Shown: piece by piece, positions 7,548 through 15,681 of the stretch
Layout: the number at the start of each line of letters is the position of its first letter
Numbering within the stretch: the stretch's first letter is position 1
DNA from: Fimbriimonadales bacterium
GTDB lineage: Bacteria > Armatimonadota > Fimbriimonadia > Fimbriimonadales > JABRVX01
NCBI GenBank assembly: GCA_045862955.1
Contig: BTVI01000055.1
Location: 1 to 16,690, forward strand
DNA length: 16,690 bases
Direction: 5' to 3'
The notes under the pieces: generated by a model
The model's database searches: none
Told to the model about the DNA's origin: nothing
What the model saw: the letters and a program-made list of their open reading frames with translations, nothing else
Translations under genes and position numbers: made by a program

Positions 7548-8959
7548 AGAAGGACATCGCGATCGCTATCGTCGGGTCCGTCGTGCCCGACCGCCCGCGG
7601 TTTCACAACCCCGCTTTCAGCCGGGCGATCAACCAGTGGCAGGAGAACCTGATCTACGGCCTACGGCACGCAGGCCTTACGGACATCGAGGTGTTCTCTG
7701 CAGAGTGCGTGCCTAGGTTTCCCCACTCGAAGCGCCTGATCGTGTGGGGTGGGAGGGATGTGCTAGAGGGCGGCGTTCCCGTCAGCTTGTTACCTTTTCT
7801 CAACCTGGGAGTGTGCAAGGTGATCACGCCGGGTGTGGCCGCATTCTTTCGACTGCTCCGATGGGGCTTTCGCAAGCGGCACAAACGCCGACTGGTGCTC
7901 GCAATCAACCTGATGATTCCGCCCTGTATACCTACCCTGTGGGCGGCGCGACTGATTGGTGCGAAGACGATGGCATCCGCGAACGACATCTTCGTTCCCG
8001 GCGACCTGAAGCCGGACACACCCCTGTGGCGGGTGAACTGGTGGATCCACGAGCGGTATCTACCGAAGTTCGATGGGCTGAACGTGGTGAACCCTCACAT
8101 CGTGACGGATCTGGCCCCCGGCGCGCGCTTCATTCACGTGGATACCGGCGTGAGGGAGGAGTACCTCTCGCTGTTCGACCCATCCCTCTCTGCGCCGCAG
8201 GCAGAAACCGCGACTGCTATGGGAGGCAGCCATCTCCGCGTGGTAGGCCCTGAAGCCTCCCTCTCCCCGCCGCGGGGAGAGGGCTGGGGTGAGGGGCAGG
8301 GTGAGCCGGATTCGCACCAAGCGGACGATGTCCAGGCGGGGGACATTGCCGAATCCCCCCTCCCCGACCCTCCTCTCGCGCCCTGCGAGGACCGGCCTTC
8401 CGCCTCGCTCCACGGGGAGGGAGACACCTTTACGATGGTGTTTGCAGGGTGGTTGTCCGAGATGAACATGATCTCCACCATTCTGGAAGCGTTCGCCCTG
8501 TTAGATGACGATACGTATCGTCTCGAGATTGCCGGCAGCGGAGAGATGGAGGACCTGGTGCAGCACGCAGCCAGGGAGGACGATCGGATCACCTACCACG
8601 GCTACCTGCCGTTCGAACAGGTGGTGGATCTGTACCGACGTGCTGACCTGCTCCTCAACCTGGTTCAGCGCGAGTATCGAACGACGCGCTATAGCTTTCC
8701 GGGGAAACTCGCCCAGCTCTTGGCCACGGGGAAGCCCGTTATGACCACCTATGCGGAAGATCTTCAGGATATGACATTCCTACTAAGAGAAACCCACCCC
8801 GCCGCGCTCGCCGAAGCGATCCGATCCGTCCGGAACACGCCCCGCGAAGTCTTGGCCGAAAGGGGACAACGGGCGCGCGAGTACATCCGGCAGAACAAGA
8901 CTTGGGAAGTACACGGTCGAACCTTCCGCACCTTCATAGAGAGCCTGTTCGAGCCATGA
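7544..8959 (+). CDS. GT4 (GT-B) glycosyltransferase with a ~70-80 aa Pro/Gly/acidic insertion in the interdomain linker (471 aa)
   Basis: GTGA overlap start (VKKDIAIAIVGS); C-domain FTMVFAGWL...LEIAGSG...YHGYLPFEQVVDLYRRADLLLN...YSFPGKLAQLLATGKPV. Confidence 0.88.
   Translation: MKKDIAIAIVGSVVPDRPRFHNPAFSRAINQWQENLIYGLRHAGLTDIEVFSAECVPRFPHSKRLIVWGGRDVLEGGVPVSLLPFLNLGVCKVITPGVAAFFRLLRWGFRKRHKRRLVLAINLMIPPCIPTLWAARLIGAKTMASANDIFVPGDLKPDTPLWRVNWWIHERYLPKFDGLNVVNPHIVTDLAPGARFIHVDTGVREEYLSLFDPSLSAPQAETATAMGGSHLRVVGPEASLSPPRGEGWGEGQGEPDSHQADDVQAGDIAESPLPDPPLAPCEDRPSASLHGEGDTFTMVFAGWLSEMNMISTILEAFALLDDDTYRLEIAGSGEMEDLVQHAAREDDRITYHGYLPFEQVVDLYRRADLLLNLVQREYRTTRYSFPGKLAQLLATGKPVMTTYAEDLQDMTFLLRETHPAALAEAIRSVRNTPREVLAERGQRAREYIRQNKTWEVHGRTFRTFIESLFEP
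8254..8423. repeat. Inverted pair of GC-rich palindromic REP-like elements inside the GT coding sequence
   Basis: Perfect 12-bp inverted repeat ccctctccccgc (8259-8270)/gcggggagaggg (8272-8283) with tail ctggggtgagggg (8284-8296). An oppositely oriented partner reads cccccctccccgaccctcc (8355-8373)...ggggagggag (8414-8423). Confidence 0.75.
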
Positions 8960-10119
8960 GCGATGTGTTAGTGTTTGCAGACTGGTACCTCCCCGGGTTC
9001 CGGGCAGGTGGTCCCATCCGGTCCATCTCTCGACTGGTCGAGGCGCTCGGCGACGAACACCGCTTCTCCATCTTCACACGGGATAGGGACCTCGGTGACG
9101 ACCAACCTTACTCGCAAGTATCGTACGACCAGTGGTTGGACCAGGGTCGTTTCCGAATCTACTATGCGTCGCCGCGCAACCAAGGCGTACGAAGTATTCT
9201 CTCGCGCATTCGGGAAGTCCGGCCCGATGTCATCTATCTGAACAGCTTTTTCTCACGCTTCACTATCCGAGTCCTCGTGCTTCGGCGCTTCGGCATGCTG
9301 GGCGGCATCCCGGTGGTTCTCGCTCCACGTGGCGAGTTCTCGGTGGGTGCACTAGGGCTGAAAGCGCGCAAGAAACTCCCTTTTCTGCGAACTGCCAAGG
9401 CCCTCCGCCTCTACGACGGGCTCCTCTGGCACATGAGCACCGACGAGGAAGCACAGATGGTGCAAGCGAAGATGGGACCCGTATGGCACGTAGTAGCTTC
9501 GGATCTTCCGGAGATGGGCTGCGGCGTGCCCGAACGCTTGCCCTCGAGAGGGGAGAAGCGAGCCGGACACGCGAACTTCGTGTACCTCTCTCGCATCCAC
9601 CCAATGAAAAACCTACTATATGCCGTGGATCGCTTGGCATCCATCGGGGGCGAGTACCACCTAGCGATCTATGGTCCCGTCGCAGACGCAGAATACATGA
9701 CACGTTGCATGAACGCGCTCGCCGAACTGCCACATGCGGCCGACTGGGAGTATGCAGGTGTGGTGGCACCCGATCAGGTGATACCCACACTGGCGGCCCA
9801 TCACTTCCTACTACTGCCCACGCAGGGCGAGAACTTCGGCCACGTCACCATCGAGGCGCTGTGGGCAGGATGCCCCGTCCTGATAAGCGACCGCACGCCC
9901 TGGAAGTCGCTGGGCGATGCGGGGTGGGTGATACCGCTGGAAGACCACGCCGCGTGGGAGGCCGCACTGCAGGATTGCATCGCCATGGACCAGGAGGAGT
10001 TCGTGCGGCGAAGCAAGGCTGCGGTCCGCTTTGCTCGGGAGTTCACCGCATCCAGCGACATGGTGGAGGCGAATCGAAGGCTGTTTCGCGAAGCTGTGAT
10101 CGGGCGCCGGGCGAAGTGA
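8956..10119 (+). CDS. GT4 family glycosyltransferase (387 aa)
   Basis: ATGA overlap start MSDVLVFADWYLPGFRAGGPIRS; LAPRGEF; YLSRIHPMKNL; EX7E motif ENFGHVTIE then ALWAGCPVLISD. Confidence 0.92.
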   Translation: MSDVLVFADWYLPGFRAGGPIRSISRLVEALGDEHRFSIFTRDRDLGDDQPYSQVSYDQWLDQGRFRIYYASPRNQGVRSILSRIREVRPDVIYLNSFFSRFTIRVLVLRRFGMLGGIPVVLAPRGEFSVGALGLKARKKLPFLRTAKALRLYDGLLWHMSTDEEAQMVQAKMGPVWHVVASDLPEMGCGVPERLPSRGEKRAGHANFVYLSRIHPMKNLLYAVDRLASIGGEYHLAIYGPVADAEYMTRCMNALAELPHAADWEYAGVVAPDQVIPTLAAHHFLLLPTQGENFGHVTIEALWAGCPVLISDRTPWKSLGDAGWVIPLEDHAAWEAALQDCIAMDQEEFVRRSKAAVRFAREFTASSDMVEANRRLFREAVIGRRAK

Positions 10120-10829
10120 GTAGGTGGAGCTCGGTCGGTGCGGTCGCTGGCTTGCTGTCGCTTGGTGCAAGTTCAGCGGTCGCGGGGCACAGCCTTACGC
10201 TGCTTGCGGGCTTCTGGCTGGGTGTGGCTATCCTGGCGCTGCTGCTCGCGGGCCGCGTCGGCCCCGTGCTCGTGATCGCGTACCTGAGTGCGCTCTCCGT
10301 CGCTTTCGTAATAACCCTGCCCGATGCCCCGCTGAGCGGCCCCGCAATCGCTTTGCCCTCCGCGACCGCGCTCGTTGCCGTGGCGGCAGCGGCAGCATCG
10401 CTAACCGGCCCGCAGTCGGCGAGAAGGTGGGCGTTCGCCGTGCTGGCACTCGGCTTGCTGGTGGCTACCTTCAGCGGACCGGCCGGCGGAGCCGGACGGA
10501 TGTACGTCTTCTTCACGCACTGGCTCGGCATCGAGCCCGCCCTCGCGGAGACCCTCGTCTTCTACGTGCGGAAGGGCATGCATGTTGGCTTTTATGCACT
10601 TCTCGCGGGAGCGGCTTTCGGCTTCGCGAGGCTGTTCGCGGCGAGACGGGCGGCCGCTTTTGCCCTCGCGTGGGCTCTGGTTCACGCTACCTTCGACGAA
10701 ACCAGGCAGGCGATGAGTGCCGGTCGAACCGGCGCCGGCTGGGACGTCGCCCTGGACATGGTCGGGGCCGCCGTCGGGCTCGCGCTGGCCGTCGTCATCG
10801 CACGTAAGCGCGATGGCGCCGTACCCTGA
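10116..10829 (+). CDS. VanZ-family membrane protein with N-terminal hydrophobic extension (237 aa)
   Basis: GTGA overlap start (VSRWSSVG); VanZ motifs RKGMHVGFYALL and DETRQAMSAGRTG..WDVALDMVG. Confidence 0.8.
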   Translation: MSRWSSVGAVAGLLSLGASSAVAGHSLTLLAGFWLGVAILALLLAGRVGPVLVIAYLSALSVAFVITLPDAPLSGPAIALPSATALVAVAAAAASLTGPQSARRWAFAVLALGLLVATFSGPAGGAGRMYVFFTHWLGIEPALAETLVFYVRKGMHVGFYALLAGAAFGFARLFAARRAAAFALAWALVHATFDETRQAMSAGRTGAGWDVALDMVGAAVGLALAVVIARKRDGAVP

Positions 10830-10857
10830 GTCGCGCTGGGGTAACCTGGATTCGCTC

Positions 10858-12144
10858 TTGAAGATCGTCACGCTTTCGCAGCACTATGCACCGGAGCCGT
10901 GCGACCTGCGCGGTCACGCGCTGGGTCGCGAACTCGTCGCGCGCGGGCACCTGGTGACAGCGCTGTGCGGCCTGCCAAACTATCCGTACGGCAAGCTGTA
11001 CGAAGGCTACCGGCAGCGTCTCTGGACCCGCGAGGAGATGGACGGCGTGAGGGTGTTTCGCCTGCCCATTTTCCCCGACCACAGTCTCTCGACGAAGCGA
11101 CGAGCCGCACACTACCTGAGCTTCGCGGCATCGGCTTCGATACTCGGACCGCTGCTGTGCGGGCGGGCGGATGCGATGTGGGTGTATCACCCACCGCTCA
11201 CAGTCGGTATCCCAGCCAAGTGGATCTCTCTCCTGCGACGTGTGCCATTCGTTTACGAGATTCAGGACCTGTGGCCGGACACGCTGATAGCCAGCGGGGT
11301 TGCCGCGGAGAGCCGAGCGATTCGTTGGTTGGAAGGCCTCGCCGCGAAGGTGTACCGTGCCGCGAGCGCCATCGTCGTGCAATCCCCCGGGTTTCGCACC
11401 AAACTGATCGAAAGAGGCGTGCCCGCGAACAAGCTGGTATTCGTTCCCAACTGGGCGGACGAGGATCGATTTCGACCGGTGCCGCGAGATCCCGAGGTGG
11501 GAAGGGCGCACGGTCTGGCAGGGCGGTTCAACGTGATGTTCGCAGGCAACATGGGCCCCGCTCAGGCTCTGGATTCCGTGCTGGTGGCTGCCTCGCTTCT
11601 GAGCGACCTGCCCGACGTGCAGATGGTCCTGGTGGGGGATGGGGTCTCGTACGAGCAACTGAGGGCCGCAGCGGCGGAACTGAGCAACGTGAGGTTTCTC
11701 GGACGCAAGCCCGTGGAGGAGATGGCAGGGCTGTACGCCTGGGCAGACGTGTTGCTGATCCATCTGCGAGACGAACCGCTCTTTCGCATCACGATACCTG
11801 GCAAGACGATGTCGTACCTCGCGTGCGGCAGGCCCATACTCTGCGCCGTGGCAGGAGATGCCGCGCAGATCGTGAGCGATGCCCGAGCCGGAGTTCTCTG
11901 CCCCCCGGAGAACCCCGAGGCACTCGCGCAGGCAATCCGCGACCTGCACCGCATGCCCACCGAGCAGCGCGAGGAACTGGGGGCAAACGGGCGGTCCGAG
12001 TTCCTGCGAAAGTATACTAAGCAGATTCTCGTGGACACATACGAGCGGCTGCTGGCCGACGTGGCTGCGCGCCGTACCATCGAAGACGGTCTCTCCAACC
12101 AGAGCATCGAACCTGAGGAGGCTACTTGTGGACCTAGGGCATGA
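10858..12144 (+). CDS. WbuB-like GT4 glycosyltransferase (family includes L-FucNAc transferases; 428 aa)
   Basis: TTG start MKIVTLSQHYAPE; GLPNYPYG; YLSFA; YEIQDLWPD; PNWAD; FAGNMGPAQALD; ITIPGKTMSYLACGRPI. Confidence 0.88.
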   Translation: MKIVTLSQHYAPEPCDLRGHALGRELVARGHLVTALCGLPNYPYGKLYEGYRQRLWTREEMDGVRVFRLPIFPDHSLSTKRRAAHYLSFAASASILGPLLCGRADAMWVYHPPLTVGIPAKWISLLRRVPFVYEIQDLWPDTLIASGVAAESRAIRWLEGLAAKVYRAASAIVVQSPGFRTKLIERGVPANKLVFVPNWADEDRFRPVPRDPEVGRAHGLAGRFNVMFAGNMGPAQALDSVLVAASLLSDLPDVQMVLVGDGVSYEQLRAAAAELSNVRFLGRKPVEEMAGLYAWADVLLIHLRDEPLFRITIPGKTMSYLACGRPILCAVAGDAAQIVSDARAGVLCPPENPEALAQAIRDLHRMPTEQREELGANGRSEFLRKYTKQILVDTYERLLADVAARRTIEDGLSNQSIEPEEATCGPRA

Positions 12145-12577
12145 GCCGATGCTGATCGAAGGCGGATTGGCGGTGGACGACCGCGGTTCCGTGGCATTCG
12201 TCAACGACTTCGGCTTTCTCGGCGTGAAGCGGTTCTATGTGGTGCGAAACCATCAGAGGGGCTTCGTTCGCGCATGGCACGCACATCGGAGAGAGGCGAA
12301 GTACGTGACGGTAGTCTCGGGCTCGGCGGTGGTAGGTGCGGTGCGGATTGACGACTGGGATCACCCATCGCCGGACCTGCCGGTCCATCGTTACGTTCTG
12401 TCGGCTCAAAAGCCCGCGGTGTTATACATACCACCAGGCTATGCCAACGGCTTCATGTCGCTAACGGAGGACGCGGTGTTAGTCTTCTATTCGACCGCCA
12501 CGGTGGAAGAGAGCCGCGTAGACGACGTACGGTACGACGCAAGGCTGTGGGACATCTGGGGCGTGATCGAAAGATAA
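12128..12577 (+). CDS. Cupin-fold nucleotide-sugar epimerase (RmlC/WxcM/FnlB cupin-like; 149 aa)
   Basis: SD GAGGAGG 12115-12121 then GTG 12128; DDRG, KRFY, RAWHAH..EAKY, LYIPPGYANGF. Confidence 0.85.
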   Translation: MDLGHEPMLIEGGLAVDDRGSVAFVNDFGFLGVKRFYVVRNHQRGFVRAWHAHRREAKYVTVVSGSAVVGAVRIDDWDHPSPDLPVHRYVLSAQKPAVLYIPPGYANGFMSLTEDAVLVFYSTATVEESRVDDVRYDARLWDIWGVIER

Positions 12578-12589
12578 GGAGGATCGCAG

Positions 12590-13501
12590 GTGAAGGTGTT
12601 AGTACTAGGCGGGACCGGTATGCTGGGGGCGATGGTCACGGACTATCTCTCCTGCACGTCCGATCTCGCGGTGCATGCGACCGCTCGCAACTCGACGCTG
12701 GCCGAAAGTGCGCGGGCTCTCGTACCGCAGGTTCAGTGGCATCGGTTCGATGCCGAAGAGGTGGACCTGGACCTCTCGTTCCTCACCGAGTACGACTGGG
12801 TCATCAACTGCATCGGAATAACCAAGCCGCTGATCCACGATGACAACCCGAAGGAGGTAGAGCGTGCGATCCTCGTGAACTCGCTGCTACCACATCGGAT
12901 TCAGGCCGCCATCCGGACGAAGAGCACTCGGGTGTTACAGATCGCGACCGACTGCGTGTACTCTGGAGCCAAAGGCAGCTATGTCGAGAAGGACCCTCAT
13001 GATGCCTGGGATGCGTACGGAAAGACGAAGAGCCTCGGAGAGACGCCGTCCGAAAACTACTTCCACCTCCGCTGTTCGATCATCGGCCCCGAACCGAAAG
13101 ATCACAAGTTCCTATTTGATTGGTTTCTCGGCCAGCCGCAGGGTGCGAGCGTCAAGGGCTTCACCAACCACCTATGGAATGGTGTTACCACGCTGCACTT
13201 CGCTAAGCTGTGTCATGGCGTCATGAACTCGGTGGTTCGGCTTCCCAGCAGGCAGCACGTGATTCCAGGCGACACCCTCACGAAGTACGAGTTGCTACGT
13301 ACCTTCGCATCCGCATTCGGGCGTGAGGACATCCAGATCGCAGCCGCGGCTGCGCCGACGGCCGTGGATAGGAGTCTTGGCACCGAACGAGAGGATATCA
13401 ATCGCGAGTTGTGGGCCGCTGCCGGCTATACGGAACCACCTACGATAAGACACATGGTGTCGGAGCTGGCGAGGTACAAGCTGAAGCTGCGGTGGAGCTA
13501 G
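12590..13501 (+). CDS. RmlD-like NDP-4-keto-sugar reductase (WbvR-like; 303 aa)
   Basis: SD AAGGAGG 12576-12582; GGTGMLG, INCIG, IATDCVYSG, YGKTKSLGE (YxxxK), RCSIIG, WNGVTT. Confidence 0.88.
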   Translation: MKVLVLGGTGMLGAMVTDYLSCTSDLAVHATARNSTLAESARALVPQVQWHRFDAEEVDLDLSFLTEYDWVINCIGITKPLIHDDNPKEVERAILVNSLLPHRIQAAIRTKSTRVLQIATDCVYSGAKGSYVEKDPHDAWDAYGKTKSLGETPSENYFHLRCSIIGPEPKDHKFLFDWFLGQPQGASVKGFTNHLWNGVTTLHFAKLCHGVMNSVVRLPSRQHVIPGDTLTKYELLRTFASAFGREDIQIAAAAAPTAVDRSLGTEREDINRELWAAAGYTEPPTIRHMVSELARYKLKLRWS

Positions 13502-13517
13502 TGCGCGAGGTGCGGCG

Positions 13518-14609
13518 ATGAAGGTGATGACAATCCTGGGAACTCGTCCCGAGATCATCCGCCTCTGCGTGATTATCGAGAAACTGGATGCTCTGTGCGA
13601 GCAAGTCGTCCTGCACACCGGCCAGAACTACGACCCCAATCTCGACGAGGTGTTCTTCCGGCAGCTCGGTGTGCGCAAGCCCGATCACTACCTCGGAGCT
13701 CGGGGCTCCTTCGGCGAGCAGATCGGAACCATCCTCGCCGGCGCCGAGCGCGTGATGCTCCAGGAACGCCCCGACAAGTTCCTCGTGTTAGGGGATACGA
13801 ACAGTAGTATGGCGGCTATCATGGCCAAGAGGTTGGCCATCCCCGTGTATCACATGGAGGCAGGGAATCGCTGCTATGACGACCGTGTACCGGAGGAGGT
13901 GAACCGGCGCATCATAGACCACTGCAGCGACGTCCTGATGCCATATACCGAGCGAAGCCGACAGAACCTGCTTCGCGAGGGCATCGCCGGCGAGCGAATC
14001 TATGTGACGGGTAATCCTATCTATGAGGTATTAGAGCGATATCGCACCGGTATCGAGGCATCGGACATCCTAGCACGCCTCGATCTCCAGCCTGGTAGGT
14101 TCTTCCTCGTAACGATGCACCGTGCGGAGAACGTAGACGTCGAGCATCGCCTCCGCAACCTCGCGATCGCATTCCAACAGCTGCAGCGCGAGCACGGCGT
14201 GCCTGTTATTGTCAGCACGCACCCACGCACACGCAAGCGCATGCAAGAGTTCGGCCTTGCAGAGGACAATCCTAACATCCGTTGGCTGGAACCCTTTCCC
14301 TTCTTCGAGTTCGTGAAGCTGGAGCAAAGTGCCATGTGTGTGCTTACCGACAGCGGGACCGTGCAGGAGGAGTGCTCCATCCTCAAGGTCCCGAACGTCA
14401 CCATCCGCGACGTCACGGAGCGGCCCGAGACGGTGGAGTGCGGCAGCAACATCCTGACGGGAGCCATCCCCGAGCTGATACGAAGCGCTGTTCGCATCGC
14501 GCTTCGATCGGATCGGATCTGGGCGCCACCACCGGAGTATGTAGTACCGAACGTATCGGATACCGTAGTGAAGATTGTTCTCGGATACGACCGTCGCTTC
14601 GGCGATTAG
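13518..14609 (+). CDS. Non-hydrolysing UDP-HexNAc 2-epimerase, FnlC/WbjD/Cap5G-like subgroup of the WecB family (363 aa)
   Basis: MKVMTILGTRPEIIRL, HTGQNYD, LGDTNS, HMEAGNRCYDDRVPEEVNRRIIDH, HRAENVD, TDSGTVQEE, TERPE. Confidence 0.92.
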   Translation: MKVMTILGTRPEIIRLCVIIEKLDALCEQVVLHTGQNYDPNLDEVFFRQLGVRKPDHYLGARGSFGEQIGTILAGAERVMLQERPDKFLVLGDTNSSMAAIMAKRLAIPVYHMEAGNRCYDDRVPEEVNRRIIDHCSDVLMPYTERSRQNLLREGIAGERIYVTGNPIYEVLERYRTGIEASDILARLDLQPGRFFLVTMHRAENVDVEHRLRNLAIAFQQLQREHGVPVIVSTHPRTRKRMQEFGLAEDNPNIRWLEPFPFFEFVKLEQSAMCVLTDSGTVQEECSILKVPNVTIRDVTERPETVECGSNILTGAIPELIRSAVRIALRSDRIWAPPPEYVVPNVSDTVVKIVLGYDRRFGD

Positions 14610-14612
14610 CGC

Positions 14613-15680
14613 CTACAACACGAGCATCTCGGTGCCTGCATCGGTCAGCTTCTCCGCGCCGTATTCGGTAATCAGCACGTCGTCTTCGATGCGGCATCCG
14701 CCGAAGCCCTCGATGTACACACCCGGTTCCACGGTAAGCACCATGTTCGGCTCCAATACCGTGTCGCTCTTCTGCCCCAGCCGCCCGAAGTCGTGTACCA
14801 TCAAGCCGAGGCCGTGTCCCAAACCGTGCCCGAAGAACTGCGCCAGGTCGTACTTAGCGAGGGCGTCACGGGCAACCTGGTCAATCTCGTGTCCGGTCCT
14901 GCCAGGGCGCATCGCCTCGATTGCCGAGCGCTGCGCATCCAGAACGGCCTGATAAATGGTACGATGCCTCTCGGATGCCTCGCCGACTACAACGGTGCGT
15001 GTGATGTCGGCGCAGTATCCGCCCACTCTGGCACCGAAGTCGAGTGTTAGAAAGTCGCCGACTTGCAGCTTGCGTTCCGAGGGCTTACCGTGCGGTCGCG
15101 CGCTTCGCTCCCCGCTGACGGCTATCACATCGAAGGCGCTCACGGCTCCCTGCCTCCGGAAGTAGAAGTCGATCTCCAGGGCCAGGTCCATCTCAGCGAC
15201 GCCGACCTGGATTAGCGGTCGAACGTACTCGAAGCATGCCTCCGTCATGCCGCACGCCTGACGTATCGAGTCCAGTTCGGTCTCGTCTTTCACCATCCGC
15301 AGCCGTTCCATCAGGTTAGGGGCGGGAACGAGGTCTATGTCTTCTAGCGATTCCTGCCACCGTTGCCATTCGGCATAGGTGACCGTGTCTGCCTCGAACG
15401 CAATTCGCCGTAGTCCCAAGTCGTTGAGCGTGTCACGCAGGAAGTCGATCCCTCGCACCGGGCTGGCGAAGGTCCTGGCATCCCATGCGGGACACTCCTC
15501 GCGCACCTGAATGGCATAGCGAGAATCGGTGATGATGGCAGCGCGAGTGGGACCCACGATCACCTGCGCGAAGCTCCCCGTGAAGCCGGTTAGGTAGCGG
15601 ACGTTCAGCGTATCCGTGATCAGCGCTGCTTCCAGGTCGCGCGACCTCAGCTCGTCTCTCAGCCTTTGCACCCTGTCCAT
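14613..15680 (-). CDS. Xaa-Pro aminopeptidase/dipeptidase (M24B, YqhT/PepQ-like; 355 aa)
   Basis: Start MDRVQRLRDEL (ATG 15680); NVRYLTGFTGS, TDSRY, LDFG...YCADITRT, HGLGHGLGLMVHD, TVEPGVY, RIEDDVL. Confidence 0.93.
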   Translation of the reverse strand: MDRVQRLRDELRSRDLEAALITDTLNVRYLTGFTGSFAQVIVGPTRAAIITDSRYAIQVREECPAWDARTFASPVRGIDFLRDTLNDLGLRRIAFEADTVTYAEWQRWQESLEDIDLVPAPNLMERLRMVKDETELDSIRQACGMTEACFEYVRPLIQVGVAEMDLALEIDFYFRRQGAVSAFDVIAVSGERSARPHGKPSERKLQVGDFLTLDFGARVGGYCADITRTVVVGEASERHRTIYQAVLDAQRSAIEAMRPGRTGHEIDQVARDALAKYDLAQFFGHGLGHGLGLMVHDFGRLGQKSDTVLEPNMVLTVEPGVYIEGFGGCRIEDDVLITEYGAEKLTDAGTEMLVL

Positions 15681-15681
15681 G

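Noticed and set aside
9535..9560. Small hairpin cgctt-g-ccctc-ga-gaggg-gag-aagcg in the linker of the second GT4
   Set aside because: Short interrupted stems, no extra protein length; cannot be separated from chance.
9132..10115. N-terminal 328 codons of the 565-aa ORF that ends in the VanZ domain
   Set aside because: Arg/Gly-rich alternate frame overlapping the real GT4; the GTGA-coupled start at 10116 explains the gene.
10116..10829. Glycopeptide-resistance locus
   Set aside because: VanZ domain only; no vanHAX/vanRS genes, and the context is polysaccharide synthesis.
10795..12204. 469-aa antisense ORF and 373-aa alternate-frame ORF (10899-12020) over the WbuB-like gene
   Set aside because: No recognisable motifs; long stop-free shadow frames are expected opposite genes in high-GC DNA.
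12128..13501. Calling these genes rmlC and rmlD of dTDP-L-rhamnose synthesis
   Set aside because: No rmlA/rmlB in the window; the flanking WbuB-like GT and FnlC-like epimerase point to a UDP-amino-sugar pathway.
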